In this document: one piece after another, positions 9,202-21,746 of the stretch
Layout: each line of letters begins with the position of its first letter
Position numbering within the stretch: the first letter of the stretch is position 1
Source of the DNA: Elainellaceae cyanobacterium
GTDB taxonomy: Bacteria; Cyanobacteriota; Cyanobacteriia; CAZCXK01
Reading direction: 5' to 3'
NCBI GenBank assembly: GCA_051117555.1
Contig: JBNPEG010000051.1
Span: 12,339-76,338 of the forward strand
DNA length: 64,000 nt
The notes under the pieces: model-generated
Database searches by the model: none
Told to the model about the DNA's origin: nothing
The model's input: the letters and a program-made list of their open reading frames with translations, nothing else
Translations under genes and position numbers: made by a program

Positions 9202-10887
9202 TCAAAACAAATCTAAGTCGGTCACCGCTCCGACGCTACTTGAGGCAACTAGCTTGGCATATTTTCCTAATACGCCTTGGGTGTAACGCGGCTGAGGCGG
9301 TTGCCATTGAGCCCGACGCTGTGCTAATTCTTCCTCAGACAGGTGTAGATGCAGTAAACGCTGATCGGCATCGATAGTAATCGTATCTTCTTCGTTGACG
9401 AGGGCGATCGCCCCCCCAACAGCGGCCTCTGGGGCAACGTGACCCACCACCATTCCATAGGTTCCGCCCGAGAAGCGACCGTCGGTAATGAGTCCGACAG
9501 TGTCTCCTAGACCAGCACCGATGATAGCAGACGTGGGTGCGAGCATTTCTCTCATGCCAGGGCCGCCTTTAGGGCCTTCATATCGAACGACAATCACGTC
9601 TCCTGCCTGAATTTTGCCCGCCAAAATTGCGGTTAGACAGGATTCTTCCGATTCAAACACTCGCGCAGGGCCGGTGATCTTACGATTTTTGATGCCTGTG
9701 AGCTTTGCAACAGCACCTTCGGTTGCCAAATTGCCCTTTAAAATTCCTAAGTGACCCTGGGGATACATGGGAGTGCTCCACGGGCGAATGACGTCTTGAG
9801 TCGGATCGGGCTTAGTTGGAATATCTGCTAACAAATCACCGATGGTTTGTCCGGTAATCGTGAGTGCATCTCCATGTAATAGATCATGGTCAAGTAGCAT
9901 CTTCATGACCTGCGGGATGCCCCCTGCTTGATGCAGGTCAGTTGCCACATATCGCCCGGATGGTTTGAGATCGCACAGCACAGGTACGCGATCCCGAATC
10001 GTTTCAAAGTCATCCAGAGTCAGCTTAACTCCGACAGCGTTGGCGATCGCCAGCAGGTGAAGCACGGCGTTAGTAGATCCACCGACTGCCATAATCACTG
10101 CAATTGCATTTTCAAATGCCTTGCGTGTCAAAATTTGGCGCGGCAGTCGCTGATCTCGAATTGCCTCAACTAGCACACGGGCAGACATTTCGGCGCTTTC
10201 CGCCTTTTCCCTATCTTCAGCCGCCATCGTTGATGAATACATAAGGCTCATGCCCATGGCTTCAAACGCAGATGACATCGTGTTTGCTGTATACATGCCG
10301 CCACATGACCCCGCTCCCGGACAGGCACGACGTTCGACATCGACGAGTTCTGTATCATCAATTTTGCCTGCGCTGTATTGCCCAACGGCTTCAAAGGCGC
10401 TGACAATCGTCAAATCTTGCCCGTTGTAGTGACCGGGTTTGATGGTGCCACCGTAGACAAAAATCGCAGGGATATTCATGCGGGCGATCGCAATCATGGC
10501 ACCCGGCATGTTTTTATCACATCCGCCAATGGCTAACACGCCATCCATACTCTGCCCAGAACAGACTGTTTCGATCGAATCAGCAATGACCTCACGAGAC
10601 ACCAGAGAATATTTCATCCCCTCAGTGCCCATCGAAATGCCATCACTAATCGTAATGGTGCCAAACAGTTGAGGCATTCCATTTGCCTCACGGATGCCTG
10701 CCTCTGCTCGTTTCGCTAGATCATTTAAGCCTAAATTACACGGAGTAATCGTGCTATAGCCATTTGCAATGCCAATGATGGGTTTCGTAAAGTCTTGATC
10801 GCCGAACCCCACCGCTCGCAGCATGGCTCGATTTGGCGTACGCTGCACTCCTTGCGTAACCACTTGGCTTTTAAGATTCTCAGGCAT
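9202..10887 (-). CDS. ilvD: Dihydroxy-acid dehydratase
   Basis: [34 protein letters not shown] and TDGRFSGG motifs. Confidence 0.98.
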   Translation of the reverse strand: MPENLKSQVVTQGVQRTPNRAMLRAVGFGDQDFTKPIIGIANGYSTITPCNLGLNDLAKRAEAGIREANGMPQLFGTITISDGISMGTEGMKYSLVSREVIADSIETVCSGQSMDGVLAIGGCDKNMPGAMIAIARMNIPAIFVYGGTIKPGHYNGQDLTIVSAFEAVGQYSAGKIDDTELVDVERRACPGAGSCGGMYTANTMSSAFEAMGMSLMYSSTMAAEDREKAESAEMSARVLVEAIRDQRLPRQILTRKAFENAIAVIMAVGGSTNAVLHLLAIANAVGVKLTLDDFETIRDRVPVLCDLKPSGRYVATDLHQAGGIPQVMKMLLDHDLLHGDALTITGQTIGDLLADIPTKPDPTQDVIRPWSTPMYPQGHLGILKGNLATEGAVAKLTGIKNRKITGPARVFESEESCLTAILAGKIQAGDVIVVRYEGPKGGPGMREMLAPTSAIIGAGLGDTVGLITDGRFSGGTYGMVVGHVAPEAAVGGAIALVNEEDTITIDADQRLLHLHLSEEELAQRRAQWQPPQPRYTQGVLGKYAKLVASSSVGAVTDLDLF

Positions 10888-11006
10888 CCTTTATTCCTAA
10901 ACGAATTCAGCTATCTAAACTCACCCAAAGATTCTCTCAGAATGACCCCAGGTTGGGAACGAACTTTATAAATGTCTTCGCAATCAACGGCGTCGTGTCT
11001 AATGAT

Positions 11007-11100
11007 TATAGCGGTGTGCGCTTGAGTTAGGCACGGCAGTGTAGGCGCGTCGTGGCCTACATCCCCATGTCTGTGTTTGACGCAATTGCGAATTGCTACA
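11007..11100 (-). repeat. TATAG-bounded hairpin element, family B
   Basis: Reverse complement aligns with 35933-36019 and 57172-57264 (tgtagcaatt...taactcaagcgca...tata). Confidence 0.75.
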
Positions 11101-11468
11101 GCATAGAAAGCTCGAAATCAGATGATACATGATGATACATTAAGTCATTCGTAAAGAAGCGTCTTTAGGATAATCTCAATAATGCTCCAAATGATTTCAT
11201 GAATCCATAGCAGTCTCTTATCAAATTCCATAGTGTTCTTTCATAGGTCTTACATCGAGTAAAGGGGCAAACCCCAGTCGTGGAGCCTCAACTCACTCCC
11301 TTGGCTTACCGAGCGATCGTAAAGACTACAGCCAATACGCTGATCAATTAAGAAATGGATACAGCCTATTACGTAATTCGAAGGATACTCCGTCAATTTA
11401 CGGATAAATTCGGGCATCCTAACACTAGACAGTTGGGTATGGGTAAGAGTAGTGAGATATAATCAGCC

Positions 11469-12320
11469 ATGCATGTTGATGAACTGCTGAATAGTTACAC
11501 GGCAGGTTTACGTGACTTTCGAGGCTCAGACCTGAGCGGAATCAATTTGCGAGGCAAAACCCTCAAAGAAATTGACTTGCGTCGCGTTAACCTAGTTGGA
11601 GCAGATTTGAGCGAAGCCAATTTAACCTCGGCAAATTTGAGAGAGGCAAATCTGCAAGGAGCAAATCTCAACCAGGCCGATTTAACCGACGCGAATTTGA
11701 TTGGTGCACACCTTTCAGATGCAACCCTGATTGGAGCAGAATTAACCAATGTTGGGTTGCGAGGTTCTAAACTGATTCGCACCAATCTGTATCGAGCTAA
11801 CCTACCCGAAGCAAATCTCAGCGAAGCGATTTTGGATTATGCCAACCTCTCTGAAGCAAACCTCAATGAGGCCAGTCTCAATCGAGCCAAACTGATAGAG
11901 GCAGATTTGAGTCGAGCCATTTTAGATGCAGCAAATTTATCTAATGCAATTTTAAGTGCAGCGATTCTTGAAGGTGCAAATTTATCTAATGCATTGATGG
12001 ATGGCGCAAGCTTGGAGGAAGCGGATCTGCGCGGGGCAGATTTAAGTCGAGCCAAGCTCACCGGAGCAAATCTCATGAATGCCACCCTGAGCCAAGCCAA
12101 TATCAGAAGCGGAAATCTGAGTTGGGTATCGTTGAGAGGGGCAAATTTACGAAAGGCGAACCTTTATAGAGCTAAGTTGTGTTGGGCAAATCTTAGCGAA
12201 GCAGATTTGACAGAAGCAGTGCTCATCAGTGCCAATATCAATCAAACTAATTTTCAAAAAGCAATTTTGTTGGGTACGCTCATGCCTGATGGCTCAGCCA
12301 ACTCAAATATCTGGGGCTAG
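11469..12320 (+). CDS. Pentapeptide repeat protein
   Basis: Continuous A(D/N)LXX repeats after an ELL..Y.AG.RDF N-terminus. Confidence 0.97.
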   Translation: MHVDELLNSYTAGLRDFRGSDLSGINLRGKTLKEIDLRRVNLVGADLSEANLTSANLREANLQGANLNQADLTDANLIGAHLSDATLIGAELTNVGLRGSKLIRTNLYRANLPEANLSEAILDYANLSEANLNEASLNRAKLIEADLSRAILDAANLSNAILSAAILEGANLSNALMDGASLEEADLRGADLSRAKLTGANLMNATLSQANIRSGNLSWVSLRGANLRKANLYRAKLCWANLSEADLTEAVLISANINQTNFQKAILLGTLMPDGSANSNIWG

Positions 12321-12351
12321 ATGAGTCGTTTACTAGAGCCCCACACACATT

Positions 12352-12382
12352 CAGCGTCCTAGTGCGAGAGCGTAAGGCTATA
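12352..12382 (+). repeat. Solo right arm of a family C element
   Basis: cagcgtcctagtgcgagagcgtaaggctata compared with caacgtcctaacgcgagagcgtacggctata. Confidence 0.65.
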
Positions 12383-12394
12383 AAACATGGGATC

Positions 12395-12425
12395 AAAAAA
12401 AGGATTGGGCGATCGCCCAATCCTT
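12395..12425 (-). terminator. Intrinsic terminator of dnaK, centred on HIP1
   Basis: Perfect palindrome aaggattgggcgatcgcccaatcctt next to an A-run (U-tract on the minus strand), just past the dnaK stop. Confidence 0.8.
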
Positions 12426-12471
12426 AATTCAAGAAAAAATGGATTACAATCCAGTCGGTCAGTCAGCCGCC

Positions 12472-14406
12472 TTATTTGTTGTCTGTCTCAGAGAATTCGG
12501 CATCGATGACATCATCATCACTCCCCGATGATGAACCTGCGCCTTCGTCGGGAGCGCCTGCACCTGGAGCACCTGCGCCTGCACCGCCTGCGCCTTCGGG
12601 TGCGCCTTGCTGCTGATATAGATTGCTGCTGACACTGTAGAAGGCTTGCTGAAGCTCGGTTGTGAGGCTCTTGATTTTGTCGTAGTTTTCGGTGTTGACA
12701 GCCTCACGCAGGTCTTTGATAAGACCCTCGATCTTCGCCTTATCATCGGCAGGAACTTTATCCCCAAGTTCACTAAGCTGCTTCTCGGTTTGATAGGCAA
12801 GAGAATCAGCCTGATTTCTCAGATCAATTTTTTCACGACGCTCTTGGTCTGCCGCTGCATTAGCTTCAGCTTCGTTAACCATGCGCTCGACTTCGGTTTG
12901 AGGGAGTGTTGAAGCGCCAGTGATGCTAATGGACTGCTCTTTCCCAGTACCCTTATCGGCTGCTCTCACGTTGAGAATACCATTGGCATCGATGTCAAAG
13001 GTTACTTCAATTTGAGGCACACCTCGGGGTGCGGGTGGAATTCCATCTAAGCGGAACGTTCCAAGACTCTTATTGTCATTCGACATTTCCCGCTCACCTT
13101 GCAGCACGTGAATTTCCACGTTGGTTTGACCATCAGCTGCGGTTGAGAAGACTTCAGACTTCTTAGTTGGGATGGTGGTGTTGCGAGGAATAATCTTGGT
13201 CATTACGCCACCCAAGGTCTCAACACCCAGAGATAGCGGAGTGACATCAAGCAGCAGAATATCTTTGACTTCCCCGGCTAAGACTCCTGCTTGAATTGCA
13301 GCACCCACAGCAACCACTTCATCGGGATTAACCGATTGATTGGGGGACTTATCTAAGACTCGCTTAACAAGCTCTTGCACCGCTGGAATTCGAGTAGAAC
13401 CCCCAACCATGACGACCTCATCGATCGCTCCTTTGTCGAGTTTGGCATCGCGGAGTGCATTCTCAACCGGAACCCGGCATCGATCAATTAAATCAGCCAC
13501 CAACTCTTCAAATTTGGCCCGAGTCAGCGTCATATCAAGGTGCTTCGGACCATCTTGAGTGGCGGTAATAAAGGGCAGATTGACCTCGGCTTGTGTGACA
13601 CTGGAAAGCTCAATTTTGGCTTTCTCCGCAGCTTCGGTAAGACGTTGCAATGCTTGCTTGTCTTTGCGAAGATCAATGCCTTCTGTTTTTTGGAACTCGG
13701 CTGCCAGGTAGTCCACAATCTTCTTATCGAAGTCGTCACCCCCTAGATGGGTGTCTCCAGACGTTGCCAATACTTCAAATACACCGTCTCCGACCTCTAG
13801 AATTGACACGTCAAACGTACCACCACCCAAGTCAAAGACGAGTACAGTTTCATTACTCTTCTTATCGAGTCCGTAGGCAAGGGATGCCGCGGTAGGCTCG
13901 TTGATAATTCGCAGAACTTCGACACCCGCAATTTTACCTGCGTCTTTCGTCGCCTGACGCTGAGAGTCGTTAAAGTAAGCCGGAACCGTAATAACGGTTT
14001 GAGTCACCTGCTCACCCAGATATTTACTGGCATCTTCAACGAGCTTTCGAAGAACTTGGGCAGAAATTTCTTCGGGTGCAAACTGCTTGCCTGCTTGAGG
14101 GCAGTCCAGCTTAACGTTGCCATTGACGTTGACCACGTTGTAGGAAACTTCCGTTGCCTCGTGGGTCACTTCTTCAAATTTGCGTCCAATGAACCGCTTC
14201 ACTGAATAGAAGGTATTTTGCGGGTTCATGACGGCTTGACGCTTTGCAATCTGCCCAACAAGGCGATCGCCATTTTTCGCAAAGGCTACAACCGAGGGAG
14301 TCGTGCGGAAACCCTCTGCATTAGCAATAACGGTTGGCTTTCCACCTTCCATGACTGCCACGCACGAGTTTGTTGTACCTAAGTCAATTCCTACAACTTT
14401 TGCCAT
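12472..14406 (-). CDS. dnaK: Chaperone DnaK (dnaK2-type)
   Basis: [27 protein letters not shown] and C-terminal DDVIDAEF. Confidence 0.99.
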   Translation of the reverse strand: MAKVVGIDLGTTNSCVAVMEGGKPTVIANAEGFRTTPSVVAFAKNGDRLVGQIAKRQAVMNPQNTFYSVKRFIGRKFEEVTHEATEVSYNVVNVNGNVKLDCPQAGKQFAPEEISAQVLRKLVEDASKYLGEQVTQTVITVPAYFNDSQRQATKDAGKIAGVEVLRIINEPTAASLAYGLDKKSNETVLVFDLGGGTFDVSILEVGDGVFEVLATSGDTHLGGDDFDKKIVDYLAAEFQKTEGIDLRKDKQALQRLTEAAEKAKIELSSVTQAEVNLPFITATQDGPKHLDMTLTRAKFEELVADLIDRCRVPVENALRDAKLDKGAIDEVVMVGGSTRIPAVQELVKRVLDKSPNQSVNPDEVVAVGAAIQAGVLAGEVKDILLLDVTPLSLGVETLGGVMTKIIPRNTTIPTKKSEVFSTAADGQTNVEIHVLQGEREMSNDNKSLGTFRLDGIPPAPRGVPQIEVTFDIDANGILNVRAADKGTGKEQSISITGASTLPQTEVERMVNEAEANAAADQERREKIDLRNQADSLAYQTEKQLSELGDKVPADDKAKIEGLIKDLREAVNTENYDKIKSLTTELQQAFYSVSSNLYQQQGAPEGAGGAGAGAPGAGAPDEGAGSSSGSDDDVIDAEFSETDNK

Positions 14407-14730
14407 ACTGATGCTCCGGTCTACTACAGATTAAAATGCTTCATTAACCAGGTTTAGGGTCTGCACTTTTCCCCCGGGTCTAGATATAAAGGGGGTCTCC
14501 ATCTTATATACTGCTGACCTAGCTCTCTCTATTGAAGGGGGGGTTACCGAACAATCTCTTGGACGGTTTCACGTTGGCGCTACCGATCCATCACAATTAG
14601 CCATGCAGACTCGCTAATTTCTTCTGTGCACAAAGCCTGTTCTTTTTCTCAGTTTAAGAAGGGATGGATTGTTTGAGATTAGGGCGAACCGTAACTAGAG
14701 AGTGGGATTTGCCGCCATTTAGCATTATTT

Positions 14731-14796
14731 GGTCGGATCTGGGTCGGATCTGGGTCAAATCTGGGCTGGATCGGGACTAGATTGGGCGGAATCTGG
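14731..14796. repeat. Degenerate 11-bp tandem repeat (ggtcggatctg)
   Basis: ggtcggatctg ggtcggatctg ggtcaaatctg ggctggatcgg and further decayed units. Confidence 0.6.
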
Positions 14797-14807
14797 CCCA
14801 CTCACTC

Positions 14808-16118
14808 ATGTCAGGCGAGCCGGATCGTTGGGTGAGCATGGCAGAATGGCGAAGTGACATCAGGAGCGATGTGATGAGTCAGGTCGTTGTAATCGGATGT
14901 GGAGTTATTGGAGCCGCGATCGCCTATGAACTCAGCCAAATTGACGGACTAAGCGTCACGGTGCTCGATCGCCAACCTCCCGCTCAAGCCTCAACGGGTG
15001 CGGCATTGGGAGTACTCATGGGAGCCATTAGCCAGAAAACAAAAGGGCGTGCCTGGAGACTCCGAGATGCCAGCATTCGCCGGTATCAAACCTTGATTCC
15101 TGAACTGGAAGCCAGAACCGGACAGACGATTCCGGTGAATCGCGATGGCATTGTGTTGATTCAATTTGCTGATGATGATGTCTCAAAGTGGGAACGAATC
15201 TTGGATTTGCGGCGATCGCAAGGATGGAATCTACACATTTGGGACAGGGTAAAACTGCGTAATCGCTGTCCTCAGATTGGGGATTCGTTGGGCGATCGCA
15301 CCATTACTGGAGCTATTTATTCACCCGATGATCTCCAGATTGATCCCACTGCGCTTACCCAGGGACTGATTACAGCCGCCCAGCACAACGGTGCAACCGT
15401 ACGGTTTGATGCGGAGGTGACCGGGTTTGAGGCGATCGCCTCCGCAGATTGCTTAAAGACGTGTCATGCCATCCAGGTTGTGAATTCGGATCAGGGTGTG
15501 AATCCAGAACACCCTGCGCCAATGCGTAGCCCGTCGGTTGAGAGCCTCCCCAAGCCTGATTTAAGCCGAGATTTTACTTCACTCCAGCCTATTAACTCGA
15601 TTGATGCTGACTGGGTGATTGTGGCTGCCGGACTGGGGTCTGCTCAGCTTTCTCAAATGGCTCCCACGCCGCTCGATGTTCGCCCTGTGTTAGGGCAGGC
15701 GATGCGCGTCCGACTTGATTCTCCCATGGGACATGACGACTTTCATCCGGTGATGTCGGGCAATGATATTCATATCGTGCCGCTCAGACACCACGCCGAA
15801 CCCAATCACTATTGGGTCGGCGCAACGGTCGAATTCCCGGATGACGCCGGATTTGTCGTTGCTAATCAGCAGCAGCTTGAAACAGTCTGGCAAGGGGCGA
15901 TCGCCCTATGCCCTGCTCTAGAAAACGCCACTGTCGTGGAAACGTGGTCAGGATTGCGCCCCCGCCCGTGGAATCAATCTGCGCCTGTAATCGAACCGCT
16001 GGCGGGATATACCAACGTGATTCTCGCCACCGGGCATTATCGCAATGGCGTGCTTTTGGCTCCCGCAACGGCTCAACGAGTCGCTGAGATGATCGGGGCG
16101 GGGGATGTAAGAAAGTAG
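14808..16118 (+). CDS. FAD-dependent oxidoreductase (DAO/ThiO-like)
   Basis: VVIGCGVIG Rossmann motif, WSGLRP and ATGHYRNGVLLAP; real start probably MSQVVVIG near 14874. Confidence 0.88.
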   Translation: MSGEPDRWVSMAEWRSDIRSDVMSQVVVIGCGVIGAAIAYELSQIDGLSVTVLDRQPPAQASTGAALGVLMGAISQKTKGRAWRLRDASIRRYQTLIPELEARTGQTIPVNRDGIVLIQFADDDVSKWERILDLRRSQGWNLHIWDRVKLRNRCPQIGDSLGDRTITGAIYSPDDLQIDPTALTQGLITAAQHNGATVRFDAEVTGFEAIASADCLKTCHAIQVVNSDQGVNPEHPAPMRSPSVESLPKPDLSRDFTSLQPINSIDADWVIVAAGLGSAQLSQMAPTPLDVRPVLGQAMRVRLDSPMGHDDFHPVMSGNDIHIVPLRHHAEPNHYWVGATVEFPDDAGFVVANQQQLETVWQGAIALCPALENATVVETWSGLRPRPWNQSAPVIEPLAGYTNVILATGHYRNGVLLAPATAQRVAEMIGAGDVRK

Positions 16119-16128
16119 GGGGCGATCG

Positions 16129-17169
<1,041 letters not shown>

Positions 17170-17391
17170 TTACGGGTTAGCAACTTTGTTCTCCTCTATA
17201 ACCGGTTGTCTTGGAAACTCTGAATTTCCAAGCTAGAGGTAGTTTGCGTGTCGATCATCTACACAGTAATCCACAAAGATGATTGCTCCCAGTGTAAGGG
17301 ACTGCTTAAGAAAAGACTGGCTGTCTTACGGCTGTCTTAAGGATCAAACAATGAGTCGTTAAGAGACCTCACTATGCTCCCTAAGCAATTT

Positions 17392-17446
17392 AATCAACGA
17401 ATGAAATCAACGAATGAAATCCATGAATGAAATCCATGAATGAAAT
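17392..17446. repeat. 13-bp tandem repeat, 4 copies (aatcaacgaatga / aatccatgaatga)
   Basis: Read directly in the gap1-NACHT divergent intergenic region. Confidence 0.8.
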
Positions 17447-17557
17447 TTTCCAATAATCCGGAGAATAATAGAGTCGGAGTGACAGACATACGTGATTCAA
17501 CGTTTCGAGTGTGTCAATATCCAGGTGGCTAGTTGCTATTTTTAGCGATAGACAGGT

Positions 17558-20374
17558 GTGTCTAGGATGAATCCAGAAAATGTAGCAGATTTTCTGCGTC
17601 GATATGGTGTGTCGGGGATATTCTTTATCCTGGCAGCCATTAATTTGATTAGCTATGTAGATAATGACAGTGGCAATGGCTTAGCACTTGCTATTCTTTT
17701 TGTTTGTTTGGGAACGCTGGCCGCGATTTTCTCAGATTTTCTCAAAGCGATTCTAGACGGTGTTTTAGATGCGTTTAAGCAGCCCATTACCGACTGGCTC
17801 ATCAGCCGAATTGAAATCGGTTGGTGGGGCGTCACGGCTCGCTTTCAAAGCCGATATTATCAGCATCTGATTACGGCTTGTCAGGGCTATCGTCCTCAAG
17901 GATTGACGCTGCAAGGTCCGACGTTAGCGCTCGATAAAATTTTTGTGCCGCTCGGCGTCGCAACTCAGGTAGCAGAGCAGGCATCGTCTGCGATGATTCA
18001 GCCGACGCGCACGGCTCATCAATCGACCATTTGGGATTTTTTGGCGCGTAGTGCAGATCAGCAGTCATATCGACGAATTGCCGTCATTGGACCCCCTGGC
18101 TCGGGGAAAACGACCCTTCTCGTTCACCTGGCGTTAACGTATGCCAAGAATGCCCAGCGTCGCCAGCATCGTCAGGCTCCTCGGTTGGTTCCAATTTTGC
18201 TTTCGTTGAGAGATGTGCGAGAGGCAATCGCGCGCGATCGCCCCAGTCTTGCTGCGCTCATCAAACAGCAGCCGGCAATTCGTCAACTCAATCCCAAGCA
18301 GCGCTGGTTTGAAACCCGACTCACCCAGGGAAAATGTCTGGTGATGCTGGATGGCTTGGATGAGGTTGCCAACGAAACTCAGCGCCAGCAAATTAGCGCC
18401 TGGGTTGATCAGCAAATGCGGAACTATCCGACGAGCTGCTTTATTCTGACGTCTCGTCCGGCTGGATATCGCAATGCGTCTCTCACCGAAGAAGGGATTG
18501 CGCTAGAGTCGCAGCCCTTTACGCTAGAGCAAATGCAGCAGTTTATTCGGAATTGGTACGTGCAGACTGAGCTGATTAGTCGCCCGGTGCAGCGTGCTCG
18601 CGATCGCCGCCGCTTACGGCGAGAGGCGCTTGCAAAAGCGAACAATCTCATCGAACGCATCGAAACCAATTCCCCGCTGTCGGCAATGGCGTTTAACCCG
18701 TTATTGTTGACCATGATTGCAACGGTGCATCGATTTCGCGGGGCGTTGCCGGGGCATCGGGTCGAGCTTTACGCGGAAATTTGTGATGTGCTGTTGGGTA
18801 AACGTCAAACCGCCAAACGACTTCCGCTGTCGTTGACTATTGCTCAGAAGCGATCGGTGCTGCAAGCGTTGGCGTTAAAGCTGATGGAGCGCAACACCCG
18901 TGAATTTGACGCAGAGTTAGGCACGACGCTGATTGGCAAAGACCTCAAGGAAACCGTTGGTGACGATCTACCGCCTGCCGAGTTTTTGCGAGATATCGAA
19001 CTCGACAGCGGATTGCTGGTTCAGAAGGAACAAGGCATTTATGAGTTTGCTCACTTGAGTTTTCAAGAATACTTGGCATCGGTGCAGGTCAGTGTCCAGC
19101 AGCAAGAGCACCTGCTGGTCGAACAAATCGATAACTCCTGGTGGACTGAAACCATTCGTCTATATGCCGTTCAAGTGCGTGATGCAACGTCGATTGTGCA
19201 AGCTGCGCTGGATGCTGCCCGTGAAGGGTCTGAAGAGTCCGCGATCACCACGCTAACGCTTGCCCACGGGTGCATTCAAGAAGAGGCAACGGTTGATGAG
19301 CGGGTCAAAGCATCATTGCGGAGCATGATTGAAGATCAGCTTAAATCGAGCGATCGCTCATTATTCAAACTCGCAGCCGAGGTCAAGCTATCTGGGCGAT
19401 TTAATAATCTGCGTTCCATTGCGGCAGATGTTTACATTGATTCAGACTACATCACCCATGCTGAGTATCAGCTATTTCTAGACGATCAGCAGCGCTTAGG
19501 TCGCTACTATCGTCCTGATCACTGGACGCTGTTTCGGTTTACGCCCGCGGCTGCCCCAGCGCCAATCGTGGGAGTTCGAGCAGAAGATGCTCACGCCTTT
19601 TGCCACTGGCTGACTCAGCGTCGTACGTCATTAGGGTTTCGGTATCGACTGCCGATGGATTATGAAGCCATCCAGTATCCCAGCCACGATCGCCCCAGCT
19701 CTGGTCAATCCGTTGGCTATTGGTGTATCACTCGCAATCGCCTGGTTTTGCAGGGCATTCGTCCAGATCCGTGGCGGCAGTGGCACGATGAGTTACTCCC
19801 GAAGGTGCGAGACGCCTTAGAGCGCGATCGCCTCGTGGCTGAAAATCTAGTTCCCCCTGCCGTTACCTCATTGACGTTGAATGACACGCATCCAGTCCGC
19901 CTGACACTCGATGCGACTCTAGATCTCAGCCGTGCGCTTCAGAAAATTGCAGACCCGAAGCTGACTCGCGCCTTTGCCCTGATTCGCAATTTAGGACAGC
20001 ATCGGACAACGGATGATATTCGAGCACTGAATCGTGCCATTATCCAGGCTCGTAATGCCCTACCCAAGCGCGATCGCCTCCTAAACCGCCAGTATAATCA
20101 AGATCGAGATTTGATAGACGTTCGAGCGTATTTGTTGCTCATTATCATTCTCTGGGAACGTCTGGGCGATCGCTACGGTAGCGTTACCCATAGGCGGCAG
20201 CACCGCCATTTCATGAGATTTTTGGCGCAGCGGGATGAGACCATTCAGCGAGAGTGCATCCAAAATCGCGACGAGACGCTCAACCTCTATGCCTTTTTTG
20301 TCTTGGTTGACGCGCGACGAAGCGGTCAGATGCCAGCGTGGGAAAGCATTCGGATTGTGCAGATTGCTGGATAG
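17558..20374 (+). CDS. NACHT (STAND) NTPase with N-terminal TM helices and a partial FGE-sulfatase-like domain
   Basis: Walker A GPPGSGKTT, Walker B MLDGLDEV, LTSRP, NPLLLTMIA, FAHLSFQEYLA; ITHAEYQLF...PIVGV...AFCHWL...YRLP. Confidence 0.88.
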   Translation: MSRMNPENVADFLRRYGVSGIFFILAAINLISYVDNDSGNGLALAILFVCLGTLAAIFSDFLKAILDGVLDAFKQPITDWLISRIEIGWWGVTARFQSRYYQHLITACQGYRPQGLTLQGPTLALDKIFVPLGVATQVAEQASSAMIQPTRTAHQSTIWDFLARSADQQSYRRIAVIGPPGSGKTTLLVHLALTYAKNAQRRQHRQAPRLVPILLSLRDVREAIARDRPSLAALIKQQPAIRQLNPKQRWFETRLTQGKCLVMLDGLDEVANETQRQQISAWVDQQMRNYPTSCFILTSRPAGYRNASLTEEGIALESQPFTLEQMQQFIRNWYVQTELISRPVQRARDRRRLRREALAKANNLIERIETNSPLSAMAFNPLLLTMIATVHRFRGALPGHRVELYAEICDVLLGKRQTAKRLPLSLTIAQKRSVLQALALKLMERNTREFDAELGTTLIGKDLKETVGDDLPPAEFLRDIELDSGLLVQKEQGIYEFAHLSFQEYLASVQVSVQQQEHLLVEQIDNSWWTETIRLYAVQVRDATSIVQAALDAAREGSEESAITTLTLAHGCIQEEATVDERVKASLRSMIEDQLKSSDRSLFKLAAEVKLSGRFNNLRSIAADVYIDSDYITHAEYQLFLDDQQRLGRYYRPDHWTLFRFTPAAAPAPIVGVRAEDAHAFCHWLTQRRTSLGFRYRLPMDYEAIQYPSHDRPSSGQSVGYWCITRNRLVLQGIRPDPWRQWHDELLPKVRDALERDRLVAENLVPPAVTSLTLNDTHPVRLTLDATLDLSRALQKIADPKLTRAFALIRNLGQHRTTDDIRALNRAIIQARNALPKRDRLLNRQYNQDRDLIDVRAYLLLIIILWERLGDRYGSVTHRRQHRHFMRFLAQRDETIQRECIQNRDETLNLYAFFVLVDARRSGQMPAWESIRIVQIAG

Positions 20375-20381
20375 ACAAGCA

Positions 20382-21527
20382 CTACCCGCGCACGCGTGCC
20401 TGCTCGCTCAATGCCTTATAAGCAGCCGTAATCATCTTCATCCGGCGTTCAGCAAGAATGCGGAATTCTGGAGCTAGTCCAACGACTTTATCGGGATGAT
20501 TCATTCGAGCCAGACCATGATAGGCTGCTCGAATTTCAGACAGCGTCGCGTCAGGCTGAATCCCTAGCACCTCATGAGCAGGCTTGAAGCGATGAGTCGG
20601 TTGGGGAACAGGACTGCTATGGGTTGACGAAATTGGGTCGTCGGCAGCACGGGGGGATAGCCATTCTTGTACGCTCTGAAACAGCTCAGCAAACTGTTCA
20701 GCAACCAGCACGTTTGACACATGCAGTTTCATGCTGATGCCGATACTTGCTAAAAGGGTGAGCAAACCATATTCAACCTGAACTAGCTTAGAATTGGCGT
20801 TTAATCGGGGATCTGGAGACCCGTCATTCCGCAAATGTTGCCAGGTTTGCCCGGTCAAGCTTGCATCTTTTGGAACAGATCCTCGTAGATTAATTCTTTC
20901 TCGCTCAAAACGAATCGTCAGCGCGCTGTAAGAAATAGCTGTGTAGAGCTTACGTCGCCACAGGAGAATGTAGTCAGGAAAGAAGAAAAGAGCGACATCC
21001 CCGATATGGATGCTCCAAATGGTTAGATTGGTCGCAATCAGAGGCGGGGCGGAGCAAACAACCCTCACAGGGGAGGCATCAAAGTTAACAGAATGGCTGG
21101 CGCCCGCATTTTTGTGTCGATCTTGAACCATCTGCCGGGTTTCTTCCAGCCAGATTTTTTCTGAATTTGCCAAGATGCGACAGGCTCGCTGCACGGCTGC
21201 AAAGCGCGTCTTCATATCGGTATCAAGGCTGTAGTTGAGGGTGGTGACTTGATGCTGTTGGCGATCGCGCTCCATAAGCAACCAAGTCGATACTCCGGCG
21301 ATTAAGATGATGCCTGCCACCCAGATCGGAGCGATCGCAAACACAATGAGCGAAAGCAGAGGAGTGCTCCCTAAAACCACTTTGGTATGTCCTGACCGCT
21401 GAGTCCGGGCATTGATCTGTGCAACAATTTCTCCGATTGGAGGTCGAGGGACATTGGCATAGCCGTTGCCCAGCTTGATATCGAAGCGCATAGCTCGCCT
21501 AATGGTATTTATGATCTCTGCAAGCAC
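20382..21527 (-). CDS. Membrane protein with a C-terminal J (DnaJ) domain
   Basis: Hydrophobic segment at about aa 55-85; C-terminal HEVLGI...EIRAAY...NHPDKV...AY..L with intact HPD. Confidence 0.85.
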   Translation of the reverse strand: MLAEIINTIRRAMRFDIKLGNGYANVPRPPIGEIVAQINARTQRSGHTKVVLGSTPLLSLIVFAIAPIWVAGIILIAGVSTWLLMERDRQQHQVTTLNYSLDTDMKTRFAAVQRACRILANSEKIWLEETRQMVQDRHKNAGASHSVNFDASPVRVVCSAPPLIATNLTIWSIHIGDVALFFFPDYILLWRRKLYTAISYSALTIRFERERINLRGSVPKDASLTGQTWQHLRNDGSPDPRLNANSKLVQVEYGLLTLLASIGISMKLHVSNVLVAEQFAELFQSVQEWLSPRAADDPISSTHSSPVPQPTHRFKPAHEVLGIQPDATLSEIRAAYHGLARMNHPDKVVGLAPEFRILAERRMKMITAAYKALSEQARVRG

Positions 21528-21746
21528 ACTCAGCCATCTTAAAGGTATGCCAGAAGATATGCGTGGCAGTTTAGCCTATTGCCTAAATACGGCGTATGGT
21601 AGCAGCAGCCCGGATATGATTGGACAAATTTCTGAAGACTATTGGACGTCAGATTTTGGAAGATGTGATACACCCGCGTACGGCTCAAAAAGACCCACAA
21701 CTTGTGATTTAAGTTCCTCTCTTCAGAAAATCATAGCAAGACATTC

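Noticed and set aside
11260..11335. ggggcaaacccc as a c-di-GMP-I riboswitch
   Set aside because: It lacks the GNRA-capped P2 and the downstream GCAAAGC/receptor elements; only a short hairpin is present
12459..14205. Several alternative-frame and antisense ORFs inside dnaK (similar ones in atpD, ilvD and other genes)
   Set aside because: They overlap highly conserved genes and have no recognisable motifs; typical shadow ORFs
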